Shown here piece by piece: positions 49,629 through 58,170 of a DNA stretch of 64,000 bases. Below the pieces are notes generated by a model, which saw nothing but the letters and a program-made list of their open reading frames with translations, was not told where the DNA came from and searched no databases. The stretch lies in assembly GCF_035548235.1 (NCBI RefSeq), contig NZ_DASZTJ010000033.1, forward strand, positions 18,643 to 82,642, given 5' to 3'. A program made the translations under genes and the position numbers. Source of the DNA: Rhodopila sp. GTDB taxonomy: Bacteria > Pseudomonadota > Alphaproteobacteria > Acetobacterales > Acetobacteraceae. Position 1 is the first letter of the stretch; each line of letters starts with the position of its first letter.

Positions 49629-50924
49629 TTATGCGATCTCCGGCGCCGGTACGACCGGCGTTGACGCGGCCGTCTCCCCAATCGGCATCCGGGCGCCCAA
49701 CAGGGCGACGAATGCGCCGGCAAGAGCGAGCACGCCGCAGACGATGAACGGGATGGTGAAGCTTCCAGTCCCGCTGACAAGATAGCCCGTGACGATCGGT
49801 GCGAGGATGCCGAAGCTGTTGCCTCCCAATGTCAGGAAGGCAAAGGCGCGGCCGGTATCGGCGGGCGTGCGCAGCAGGTCGTTCGTGAGCGCGAAGTTCC
49901 AGGATTGGGAGGCGCCGCTGAACGTCAGGGCGATCGTCAGCAACGCGACGATCGCCGCGGTCGATTCGACGAATGGCGTCGCCAGGACGCTGGCCGTCGC
50001 GAGGCTGCCAAATGCGACAGCGTAACGGCGGAGGCCATTGTGTTGCGCCTGCGGTGTCAGCAGACGATCGCTGACATGGCTCAGGGCGATGCAGAAGACG
50101 ATCGCGAGGCCGTAGGGCAGGGCGGTGTAGATCCCGCTGCCCATGATGGTCATGCCCCGGGCCATCTGCATGTAGCTGGGCAACCATGTCAGAAAGAAAT
50201 ACGCCGTGTACGTCAGGCATCCCTGCGTCAGGAACAGTCCCCACATGGTCGGTGAGGACAGCAAACCACGGTAGCCGATCGAGCGCTCGTTCTCCGCCCG
50301 CGGCGCGTCCCGCTCGGCTAGGATCATCGTGCGTTCGTCCGGGCTGAGCCAGGACGTATCCTCGGGCCGGCGGAAGATCAGCAGCCAGGCGCATACCCAC
50401 GCCAGTCCGATGAGGCCGGTGATCACGAAGGAAATGCGCCAGCCGAAATCCGATACCAGCCAGGCGACCAGTACCGCACCGGCCGACGGCCCTGCGAGCG
50501 ATCCGCTGATCCAGATCGCTGAGGCCAGCCCACGTTCTTTCTTTGGTGCCCATTCCCGGATGACGCTGTTCGCGCCGGGATTGGTGAACGACTCGAAGAC
50601 GCCCAGCCCTAGACGACTGACCAGCAACGGCATCAACGATCCTGCGAAGCCGCTGCCCATCTGGGCGACCGACCAAAGGCCCACGGCGAACGCGATCGCC
50701 TTGCGCGTACCCAGCCAGTCGGTGATCGCGCCGGCCGGAAGCAAGCACAGGATGTAGATCCACAGGAAGGACGAGAACAGGTAACCCAACGCCGTGGGTG
50801 AGAGAGACATCTCCCTGGCGATGGAACTGCCCGCCACGGACATGTTGATGCGGTCCAACATGCTGATGGCCAGGAGCGTGAACAGCAGGGCGTATATGAA
50901 CCACCGCTTCGTATGAACCGTCAT
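49629..50924 (-). CDS. MFS transporter (ACS family)
   Basis: LDRINMSVA, WAPKKERG, WRISF. Confidence 0.9.
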   Translation of the reverse strand: MTVHTKRWFIYALLFTLLAISMLDRINMSVAGSSIAREMSLSPTALGYLFSSFLWIYILCLLPAGAITDWLGTRKAIAFAVGLWSVAQMGSGFAGSLMPLLVSRLGLGVFESFTNPGANSVIREWAPKKERGLASAIWISGSLAGPSAGAVLVAWLVSDFGWRISFVITGLIGLAWVCAWLLIFRRPEDTSWLSPDERTMILAERDAPRAENERSIGYRGLLSSPTMWGLFLTQGCLTYTAYFFLTWLPSYMQMARGMTIMGSGIYTALPYGLAIVFCIALSHVSDRLLTPQAQHNGLRRYAVAFGSLATASVLATPFVESTAAIVALLTIALTFSGASQSWNFALTNDLLRTPADTGRAFAFLTLGGNSFGILAPIVTGYLVSGTGSFTIPFIVCGVLALAGAFVALLGARMPIGETAASTPVVPAPEIA

Positions 50925-51016
50925 TGCCGTCCTCCCCGCCTCCTCGTGATAGCTTGCGGTGCCGATTTTTCAGATATAGTCATACGAAATGACGAAGCTG
51001 TCAAACGAGGTGCGCA

Positions 51017-51775
51017 ATGAATCAGGACAGTGTGCAGGCGTTCGCGAGCGCTCGCAGTCGGCGTCCCGCATGGCCGGGTATTGCTGAGCCGCTTCGCCCG
51101 AAGACGATCGAAGAGGCCTACCGCCTGCAGGATGCGGCCCACCGAGTTGCCGGGGATGCCAGGGTGGGATGGAAAGTCGGTTCCACCTCCGCCGCGGGGC
51201 AGCGAGTCTGGGGACTGCATGAACCGGTCTATGCGGGCCTGTTCGCCGGAGACCGCTCCCTGTCGCTTGCCGAGGCGCTGGACCGGCCGCTCACGCGTCC
51301 GTCACTGGAATGCGAGATTGCGGTGGTTCTGGGACGTGATGTCGATGGCGCCGATCCGAACCTGTCGGCGGAGGCGGTGAAACAGGCCATTGGCGCCTGC
51401 CATATCGGTTGTGAAATCATTGACAACCGGTACGGCGAGCCGATGGCGTTCGGGGTTCCGACATTGATCGCCGACGACTTCTTCCAGGCGGGCTTCGTGA
51501 TCGGGGCCGAGAACACAGTCTGGAAGATGCAGGACCTGCTGACCGCGGAGGGGTTCATCGATATCAACGGCGAACGCCGGACCGGCTCCGCTCGCGACAT
51601 CTTGAGCGCGTTCGACTCGCTTGTCTGGTTGGCCAGGGCGCTGGCGCGAAGCGGTCAGTTGCTACGTGCGGGTGAGATCGTGCTAACGGGCACGCTCGTG
51701 CCGCCCGTGCCGGTCAATTTGCCGGCACGGACAGTGTCGATGGGAATCACCGGGTTCGCGACCCTGACCCTCTAG
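51017..51775 (+). CDS. Fumarylacetoacetate hydrolase family hydratase/decarboxylase (2-keto-4-pentenoate hydratase-like)
   Basis: GWKVGSTS, ECEIA, EIIDNR, GEIVLTGT. Confidence 0.82.
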   Translation: MNQDSVQAFASARSRRPAWPGIAEPLRPKTIEEAYRLQDAAHRVAGDARVGWKVGSTSAAGQRVWGLHEPVYAGLFAGDRSLSLAEALDRPLTRPSLECEIAVVLGRDVDGADPNLSAEAVKQAIGACHIGCEIIDNRYGEPMAFGVPTLIADDFFQAGFVIGAENTVWKMQDLLTAEGFIDINGERRTGSARDILSAFDSLVWLARALARSGQLLRAGEIVLTGTLVPPVPVNLPARTVSMGITGFATLTL

Positions 51776-51874
51776 GGTGCGCAGGGCTGCCCCCGAGTCC
51801 CCTCGAGGCGATCCTTGACCGCTGGTTCAATCATATTACGATACGCCTAAGAACCACAATGTCCGGGAACGCCC

Positions 51875-53137
51875 ATGCCGGCGGATATAGTCGACGCGAA
51901 CCCAATCGCTGGGAGTGCGGAGCGAGTCTACTCCTCGGTGGCGCCGCAGCTCGCGGCGAACCTGCCGGCGTCGCTCGCCCGCATCTTTTCGCTGGAAGAC
52001 CTGGAATCCCAAGCCCGGCGCCGCCTGCCAAGGCGGATATTCGGCTTTGTCGAGGGCGGGGTTGAAACCAATGCCGCACGCAACGCGAACCGTGCCGCCT
52101 TCGCGGCGTGGTGGTTTCGGCCACGGGTGCTGGTCAATACCGTGGACCGCGACCTGAGCACCAGGATGTTGAGCAAGACATGGTCCGCCCCGTTCGGCAT
52201 AGCCCCGATGGGCGCCACCTCCCTGATGGCATTCGAATGCGAGCGGGTTCTGGCCGAGGCAGCGGGCGAGGCCAATATTCCATTCGTTCTCAGCGGCTCC
52301 TCTCTCATGCCGCTGGAGACCATCATCAAAGCCAATCCAAACGCATGGTTCCAGGCCTATATCCCGGGCGATCGGGCGCGGATCGGGCCCCTTGTGGATC
52401 GGGTGGCGAGCGCGGGCTACGGCACCCTGGTCGTCACCGTGGACGTGTCCGTGGCCGGCAATCGGGAAAACAACGCGCGCAACGGTTTTATGCTGCCGTT
52501 GCGGCCCAGCCTGAGCCTCGCCTGTGACGGCATCACCCATCCGCACTGGCTGTTCGCCAACCTGGCACGGACGCTGCTGACTCGTGGCATGCCCCATTTC
52601 GAGAATGTGGACGCGGTCCGCGGCGCCCCGTTGATCGCCGCCCAGGCCGAACGCAGTTTCGGCCGGCGCGACGCCCTGAGCTGGGAAGACATCGGTTGGA
52701 TACGTGACCGCTGGCCTGGCACGCTGCTGCTGAAAGGTATCCTCGACCCCCAGGATGCTCTCAGGGCCGAAACGATCGGGGCCGACGGGATCATCGTTTC
52801 CAATCATGGCGGGCGGCAGCTCGATGGGGCGATGCCATCGCTTGCTGCCTTGCCCGACGTGGCCAGGTCCGTCGGCAATCTGACCGTCGCCATGGATAGC
52901 GGCGTACGGCGTGGCACAGATGTGCTGAAGGCGTTGGCACTGGGGGCCGCATTCGTGTTTGTCGGGCGGCCATTTCTTTATGCGGCGGCGGTCGCAGGCA
53001 AGGCAGGCGTGCGCCACGCGATCTCTCTCCTCTCCCTGGAGATCGACCGCAACATGGCAATGCTTGGTTGCACCGGAATCGACCAGGTGAGTCCGTCACT
53101 TCTGGTTCCCGCGCAGACGAATGGACTGAGTGCATGA
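51875..53137 (+). CDS. FMN-dependent alpha-hydroxy acid oxidase (second paralog)
   Basis: APFGIAPMG, VSNHGGRQLD, DSGVRRGTD. Confidence 0.9.
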   Translation: MPADIVDANPIAGSAERVYSSVAPQLAANLPASLARIFSLEDLESQARRRLPRRIFGFVEGGVETNAARNANRAAFAAWWFRPRVLVNTVDRDLSTRMLSKTWSAPFGIAPMGATSLMAFECERVLAEAAGEANIPFVLSGSSLMPLETIIKANPNAWFQAYIPGDRARIGPLVDRVASAGYGTLVVTVDVSVAGNRENNARNGFMLPLRPSLSLACDGITHPHWLFANLARTLLTRGMPHFENVDAVRGAPLIAAQAERSFGRRDALSWEDIGWIRDRWPGTLLLKGILDPQDALRAETIGADGIIVSNHGGRQLDGAMPSLAALPDVARSVGNLTVAMDSGVRRGTDVLKALALGAAFVFVGRPFLYAAAVAGKAGVRHAISLLSLEIDRNMAMLGCTGIDQVSPSLLVPAQTNGLSA

Positions 53138-54093
53138 CAACGATAATGGGAACGGGCGACTTCAAGTTTCGGATGGAGCCTGACTGGGCGAAGCTCCCCG
53201 ATGACTGGGACCTGAAAGATGTCGGTGGCGTCGCCGTCGACAGCCAGGACCGAGTCTTCGTGTTCAATCGCGGCGATCATCCGATGATCGTGTTCAGCCG
53301 GAATGGTTCCGTGCTGCAGGACTGGGGCAAGGAGCTCTTCAATCGGCCGCACGCCGTGCATTTAGCACCGGACGAAACGATCTGGTGCACGGATGAGGGC
53401 GATCATGTCGTCTATCGCTGCACGCTGGACGGCGCGCTTTTGTCCACGCTCGGTCAGAAAGGCGCCCCCGCGCCGGAATTCAGCGGGGAACCGTTCAATC
53501 GTCCGACCCAGACGGCGTTGACGCCGGACGGGGACATCCTCGTGGCGGACGGTTATGGCAACGCCAGGGTCCACAAATACGCGCCGGACGGTCGACGGCT
53601 GCTGTCATGGGGGGAGTTCGGAACCGATCCCGGGCAATTCAATGTCGTGCACAACATTGCCTGCGATGCGGACGGATTTGTCTATATCGCAGACCGGGAG
53701 AATTACCGGATTCAGGTGTTCGACACAGCGGGAAAGTTCGTGACGCAGTGGCACAATCTGTTCCGGCCGTGCGGGCTTTACATGCATGGAACACGTCAAC
53801 CGATCTTCTTCGTCGGTGAACTGGGACCGTTTCTTGCGATCAACCGGCGATATCCGAACATCGGGCCACGCATCTCGATCCTGAACCATAAGGGCGAACT
53901 GCTGGGGCGATTGGGGGCGCCTCACGCGGGGACCGAGGACGGAACCTTTATCGCCCCGCACACGCTGGCGATCGACTCCCACGGTGACCTCTATGTCGGA
54001 GAGGTGTCCTATTCGGCGTGGGACCATGTTTTTCCCGGAGCACCGCGACCAAGGCGGATCCGGAGTCTGCAGAAACTCGCTCGCGTCAGTTGA
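53134..54093 (+). CDS. NHL-repeat (PAL-like) beta-propeller protein
   Basis: ATGA overlap; repeated FNRP/H.IA.D...YV.D.N.R units. Confidence 0.85.
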   Translation: MTTIMGTGDFKFRMEPDWAKLPDDWDLKDVGGVAVDSQDRVFVFNRGDHPMIVFSRNGSVLQDWGKELFNRPHAVHLAPDETIWCTDEGDHVVYRCTLDGALLSTLGQKGAPAPEFSGEPFNRPTQTALTPDGDILVADGYGNARVHKYAPDGRRLLSWGEFGTDPGQFNVVHNIACDADGFVYIADRENYRIQVFDTAGKFVTQWHNLFRPCGLYMHGTRQPIFFVGELGPFLAINRRYPNIGPRISILNHKGELLGRLGAPHAGTEDGTFIAPHTLAIDSHGDLYVGEVSYSAWDHVFPGAPRPRRIRSLQKLARVS

Positions 54094-54216
54094 CGCAGGT
54101 CGTGGAGGGAACCCGCCATGCCGTGATCCGGCAGTGAGTCGGGTCCCTCTCCCCTGATGGTCGAGGGACCGGTGCGCCATCGAAGCACAGCAGCCGGTGC
54201 CTGGCTCCCGCCTCTC

Positions 54217-55404
54217 TTATGCCAGCGCCTCGGTGGGACCGAAGAACTCATGATGGACGCGGTCATCCGCCAGGCCCAGCGCGACGAGGCTGCGCCGCAC
54301 GAAACCCATGAAGGGCTTCGGTCCCAGCACATAGGCGTCGGCCTCCGGCTGGGTCGGCACCCACGCTTTCAGTTGATCCATCGCCGGGCGGCCCAGCGCC
54401 GTGGGCCAGGCGCCGTTGCGCAACGCGCCCTGCTCGTAGGCGACATAGGCACGCAGCCGCGGGTACCGCCGCACCCAGCCGTCAATCGTGGCGCCGAACG
54501 CATGCACGCCGCTATTGCGGGCATAGTGGATGAAGACCACGTCGCGCCCGCCACCAGCCAAGGCCGCCTCGGCCATCGCGATGGTGGGGGTAATGCCGAC
54601 CCCGCCGCTGATCAGCACCACCGGCCCCGTGCCGGATGACAGCGTAAACTCCCCGGCCGGTGGGAAAACGTCGAGCGTCGCGCCCTCATTAACGGAATCA
54701 TGCAGGTAATTCGATACCAGGCCGTGAGGCTCCCGCTTCACGCTGATGCGGTAATCACGGCCGTTGGCGACCTGCGAGAGCGAATAGTTGCGCCGCACCT
54801 CCTGCCCGTCGATGACCAGACGGAGACCCAGATATTGTCCCGGCTGATAGGCCACCACCGCCTGATCATCGGCTGGCTCCAGGTAGAACGATGTGATTTC
54901 CGCGCTTTCCGCAACCTTGCGGGCGACGCGGAAAGGGCGGGCGCCGCGCCACCCGCCAGGGGCAGCCGCGAGTTGATCGTAAACCTTGGCTTCGGCGCCG
55001 ATGAGGATGTCGGCCAATTGGCCGTAGGCAGCCGCCCAGGCGTCTATGACGGCGTCCGTCGCGACTTCCGCGCCCAGCACTTCGCGGATGGCGCGCAGCA
55101 AGCAACTGCCGACGATGGGGTAATGCTCGGGCTGGACCTGCAGCGCCACATGCTTGTTGATGATCTGCGCCGGCAGGGCGCCCAGCGCGCCAAGGTTGTC
55201 GATATGGCGGGCATACATCAGGACGCTGTTGGCCAACGCACGAGGCTGTGCGCCGCTTGCCTGGTGAGCCTGGTTGAATAGCGGCCGAACCTCGGCATGC
55301 TCGCCGAGCATGATCTTATAGAAATGGGTGGTCAGCGCCTCGCCACCGGTTTCCAGAATGGGAACGGTGGCCTTGATGATCGCGGTCTGTTCGGAGGTCA
55401 GCAT
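54217..55404 (-). CDS. hmp: Flavohemoglobin (NO dioxygenase)
   Basis: MLTSEQ start, QPRALA, KH..L.V.PEHYPIVG globin, RNYSLS, GGVGITP. Confidence 0.96.
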   Translation of the reverse strand: MLTSEQTAIIKATVPILETGGEALTTHFYKIMLGEHAEVRPLFNQAHQASGAQPRALANSVLMYARHIDNLGALGALPAQIINKHVALQVQPEHYPIVGSCLLRAIREVLGAEVATDAVIDAWAAAYGQLADILIGAEAKVYDQLAAAPGGWRGARPFRVARKVAESAEITSFYLEPADDQAVVAYQPGQYLGLRLVIDGQEVRRNYSLSQVANGRDYRISVKREPHGLVSNYLHDSVNEGATLDVFPPAGEFTLSSGTGPVVLISGGVGITPTIAMAEAALAGGGRDVVFIHYARNSGVHAFGATIDGWVRRYPRLRAYVAYEQGALRNGAWPTALGRPAMDQLKAWVPTQPEADAYVLGPKPFMGFVRRSLVALGLADDRVHHEFFGPTEALA

Positions 55405-55739
55405 GACATATGAGCCTTTGCACTGTTGGCGTGAAGGACAGGGGCAGCGGCGAGACGTCGGCTCCACGAACGAGGCGGCATGAAGGTTTCCCGGCCAACA
55501 GTAGCAATGGCTCGTTGCCGTCGAAAGACTGCCATGATGAGGATGCCGGGCTGCTCGGGTGAAGTGGCCGATCGGGTCGCCGACCGTACGGACGTTCGGT
55601 GTCGTTCAGACGCGCTGTTGGATTGTTTTTGGGGACTGCGGATTCCGACGATCCGGCGGGAAGACCAAGGCGCAGGCATTCCTTTGGAAACCTGTCCTAC
55701 TCAAGATCGTGTCGCTTTGCATGGGCCTTGATCTCTAAA

Positions 55740-55795
55740 TATGCATCTGAGATGCTCTATATCATGCCGACGAAAACATGCAATGGGAATGCATC
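55740..55795. promoter_or_regulatory. Two tandem NsrR-type boxes
   Basis: tATGCATctgagATGCTCt (55740-55758) and cATGCAAtgggaATGCATc (55777-55795) fit gATGCAT-N5-ATGCATc. Confidence 0.7.
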
Positions 55796-55809
55796 TATAT
55801 GGCCTACCC

Positions 55810-56262
55810 ATGAGACTGACCCGCTACACCGACTACGCCATCCGTACGGCCCTGTACCTGGCCAGCCACCCGGAGCGCCTATGTTCTATCGGTGAGATCG
55901 CCAGAGCTTATGACATTTCGCAAAACCACCTGATGAAAGTGGTCAGCGACCTGGCGGCGGCCGGCTATGTGCAGTCCCTGCGGGGACGGGGCGGTGGGAT
56001 CCGGCTCGCGCTCGACCCGGCGGAAATCAACCTTGGGGCCCTCATCCGTCACACGGAAGGCAACCTCGATCTGGTGGGCTGTGCAACCTGCGCCATGGCG
56101 CCGGCCTGCGGCATGACGTCGATATTCCACAAGGCGCTGGCGGCTTTTCTGGCGGTGTTGGACGGTTACACCCTGGCCGACGTCACGACCCCGGCCGACG
56201 TCACCAGATTGCAAATGATATTTGAGGCCCTCACGCCCAGGCAGAACATTCCGGTATCTTGA
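55810..56262 (+). CDS. nsrR: Rrf2-family regulator, NsrR-like
   Basis: MRLTRYTDYAIR, SQNHLMKVV, RGRGGG, three Cys; divergent from hmp. Confidence 0.85.
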   Translation: MRLTRYTDYAIRTALYLASHPERLCSIGEIARAYDISQNHLMKVVSDLAAAGYVQSLRGRGGGIRLALDPAEINLGALIRHTEGNLDLVGCATCAMAPACGMTSIFHKALAAFLAVLDGYTLADVTTPADVTRLQMIFEALTPRQNIPVS

Positions 56263-56365
56263 AACGACCGATGCACACACATCCAGATTCGACCGTAGCA
56301 CGAGAGTAGGCGAGGGTAGTTGGTGGTCCGCCGCCCATCTCCAACTCTTCCGTCAACAGAACGCT

Positions 56366-57694
56366 TCAGCCGCCTGATCGTTTCGTCCGTAGTTCCGCCC
56401 AATACTCCAACCGCTTGCTGATCTCGCGTTCAAAGCCCCGATTGCGCGGCTGGTAGAATTCCACCCGCTCCATCCCCTCAGGGAAGTAGTTCTGACCGGA
56501 GAATGCATCCTCCGCCCCGTGGTCATATTCGTACCCTGCCCCGTATCCCAGTTGCTTCATCAGCTTGGTGGGCGCGTTCAGGATATGCGCCGGCGGCATC
56601 AGGCTCCCTGTCGACTTCGCCGCTGCGCGGGCCGCGCTCAGCGCGGTGTAGACGGCGTTGGATTTGGGCGCCGTGCCCAGGTAGACGACGACCTGTGCCA
56701 GGGCCAGTTCACCCTCGGGGGAGCCCAGCCGCTCGTATGTCTCCCAGCCGGCCAGGGCTTGCGGCAGGGCGCTGGGGTCGGCCATGCCGATATCCTCGGC
56801 GGCGAAGCGAACCAGGCGGCGGGCGATATACCGCGGATCTTCCCCACCGTTCAGCATCCGTGCGAACCAGTACAGCGCGGCGTCGGGATCCGATCCCCGC
56901 AGCGACTTATGCAGTGCGGAGATCAGGTTGTAATGTTCTTCCCGGTCCTTGTCGTATAGCGCCGCCCGTTTTGACAGCAGGTCGGACAGTTCCGCCGCGT
57001 CCAGGATAGGACTGTCAGGCGGCAGCGCGGCCACCTGCTCAATCATATTGAGGAAGTATCGTCCGTCACCATCGGCCATCGCCCGCAACACGGCCTTGGC
57101 ATCCTGCGTCAGCGGCAGCGTTCGGCCGAGTTCGAGCTCCGCGCGCGCCAGCAGGCGATCGAGCGCGGCGTCGTCTAGGCGCTTCAGCACCATCACCTGG
57201 CATCGCGACAGCAGCGCGCCATTCAGTGCGAAGGATGGGTTCTCGGTCGTCGCGCCGATCAGCGTGACCGTGCCGTTCTCCACCACCGGCAGGAACCCGT
57301 CCTGTTGCGCGCGGTTGAAGCGATGGATCTCATCGACGAACAACAGCGTCCCCTGTCCGGCCCGGCGTCGCTTGCCGGCGTCATCGAACGCGCGTTTCAG
57401 GTCGGCGACGCCCGAGAACACGGCCGAGAGCTGCACGAAGGCCAGATGTGCCTCCCCGGCCAGCAGCCGGGCGATCGTCGTCTTGCCGACGCCCGGCGGT
57501 CCCCACAGGATCAGCGACGCCAGCGAACCCCGAGCGAGCATGCGCGTCAGCGTGCCGTCCGGACCCAGCAGATGGTCCTGTCCGACGACATCGGCCAGCG
57601 TCGCGGGGCGCAGCCGATCCGCCAGCGGACGGCCAGAGGCGGGCTCCGCCGCCGGCACGGGCTCCTCGGCAAAAAGGTCATCCGATGCCGTCAC
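56366..57694 (-). CDS. rarA: Replication-associated recombination protein A
   Basis: LADRLRP, WGPPGVGKTT, DEIHRFN, ATTENPSF, SALHKSLRGSDPDAA. Confidence 0.96.
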   Translation of the reverse strand: MTASDDLFAEEPVPAAEPASGRPLADRLRPATLADVVGQDHLLGPDGTLTRMLARGSLASLILWGPPGVGKTTIARLLAGEAHLAFVQLSAVFSGVADLKRAFDDAGKRRRAGQGTLLFVDEIHRFNRAQQDGFLPVVENGTVTLIGATTENPSFALNGALLSRCQVMVLKRLDDAALDRLLARAELELGRTLPLTQDAKAVLRAMADGDGRYFLNMIEQVAALPPDSPILDAAELSDLLSKRAALYDKDREEHYNLISALHKSLRGSDPDAALYWFARMLNGGEDPRYIARRLVRFAAEDIGMADPSALPQALAGWETYERLGSPEGELALAQVVVYLGTAPKSNAVYTALSAARAAAKSTGSLMPPAHILNAPTKLMKQLGYGAGYEYDHGAEDAFSGQNYFPEGMERVEFYQPRNRGFEREISKRLEYWAELRTKRSGG

Positions 57695-57809
57695 GCGGCT
57701 CGTCCTTCAGTCCTGCGCAGCTGTCCGGAGTCGTGAACCATGATGCGCGGGAAAATAGCGGAAGAGCCGGACCTCGTCCAAGGCGGCGTCCGACATGCGG
57801 ACCGGGGGG

Positions 57810-57999
57810 AACGGCCCCGTGCCACGGAACTTTTTTTCCGCGGCGCAGGCACCAGGGGATTCAAGGGGTAGGCCTGGGCCCCAGCATGGTTGCGGCGATC
57901 GCCCGGCTGCACGGCGGTGAACTCAGGCTCGAGGACAACGAGCCGGGGCTGCGCGCCGCGCTGGTCCTGTCGGCAGTGGTCCGGGAAGACGCGGTCTGA
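57810..57999 (+). pseudogene. Remnant of a sensor histidine kinase HATPase C-terminus
   Basis: GVGLGPSMVAAIARLHGGELRLEDNEPGLRA with no upstream kinase body. Confidence 0.7.
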
Positions 58000-58006
58000 C
58001 AGGCCG

Positions 58007-58133
58007 TCAGCGTGTCCAATGGCCCGGGATCCACCAGCCATGTCAGTTATAGTGGCCAGGGACCCAGTGAAGCGGCGGGGCATAATAATATGCTGGCGGG
58101 ACCGTAGTAATAGCTGGGCTCCGGGGCGGCCCA
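58007..58133 (-). pseudogene. Remnant of a Pro/Tyr-rich WxxGxW-repeat protein
   Basis: PSYYYGP, frameshift, then PPAYYYAPPLHWVPGHYN*HGWWIPGHWTR*. Confidence 0.6.
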
Positions 58134-58170
58134 TCAAGCACGCGCTGGCACCTCGGGCGGGCGCCTCGGA

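Noticed and set aside
58081-58093. GCATA-ATAA-TATGC palindrome near 58079-58092 resembling a dif/XerC arm
   Set aside because: No XerD arm (TTATGTTAAAT-like); better explained as Tyr codons of the minus-strand gene remnant.
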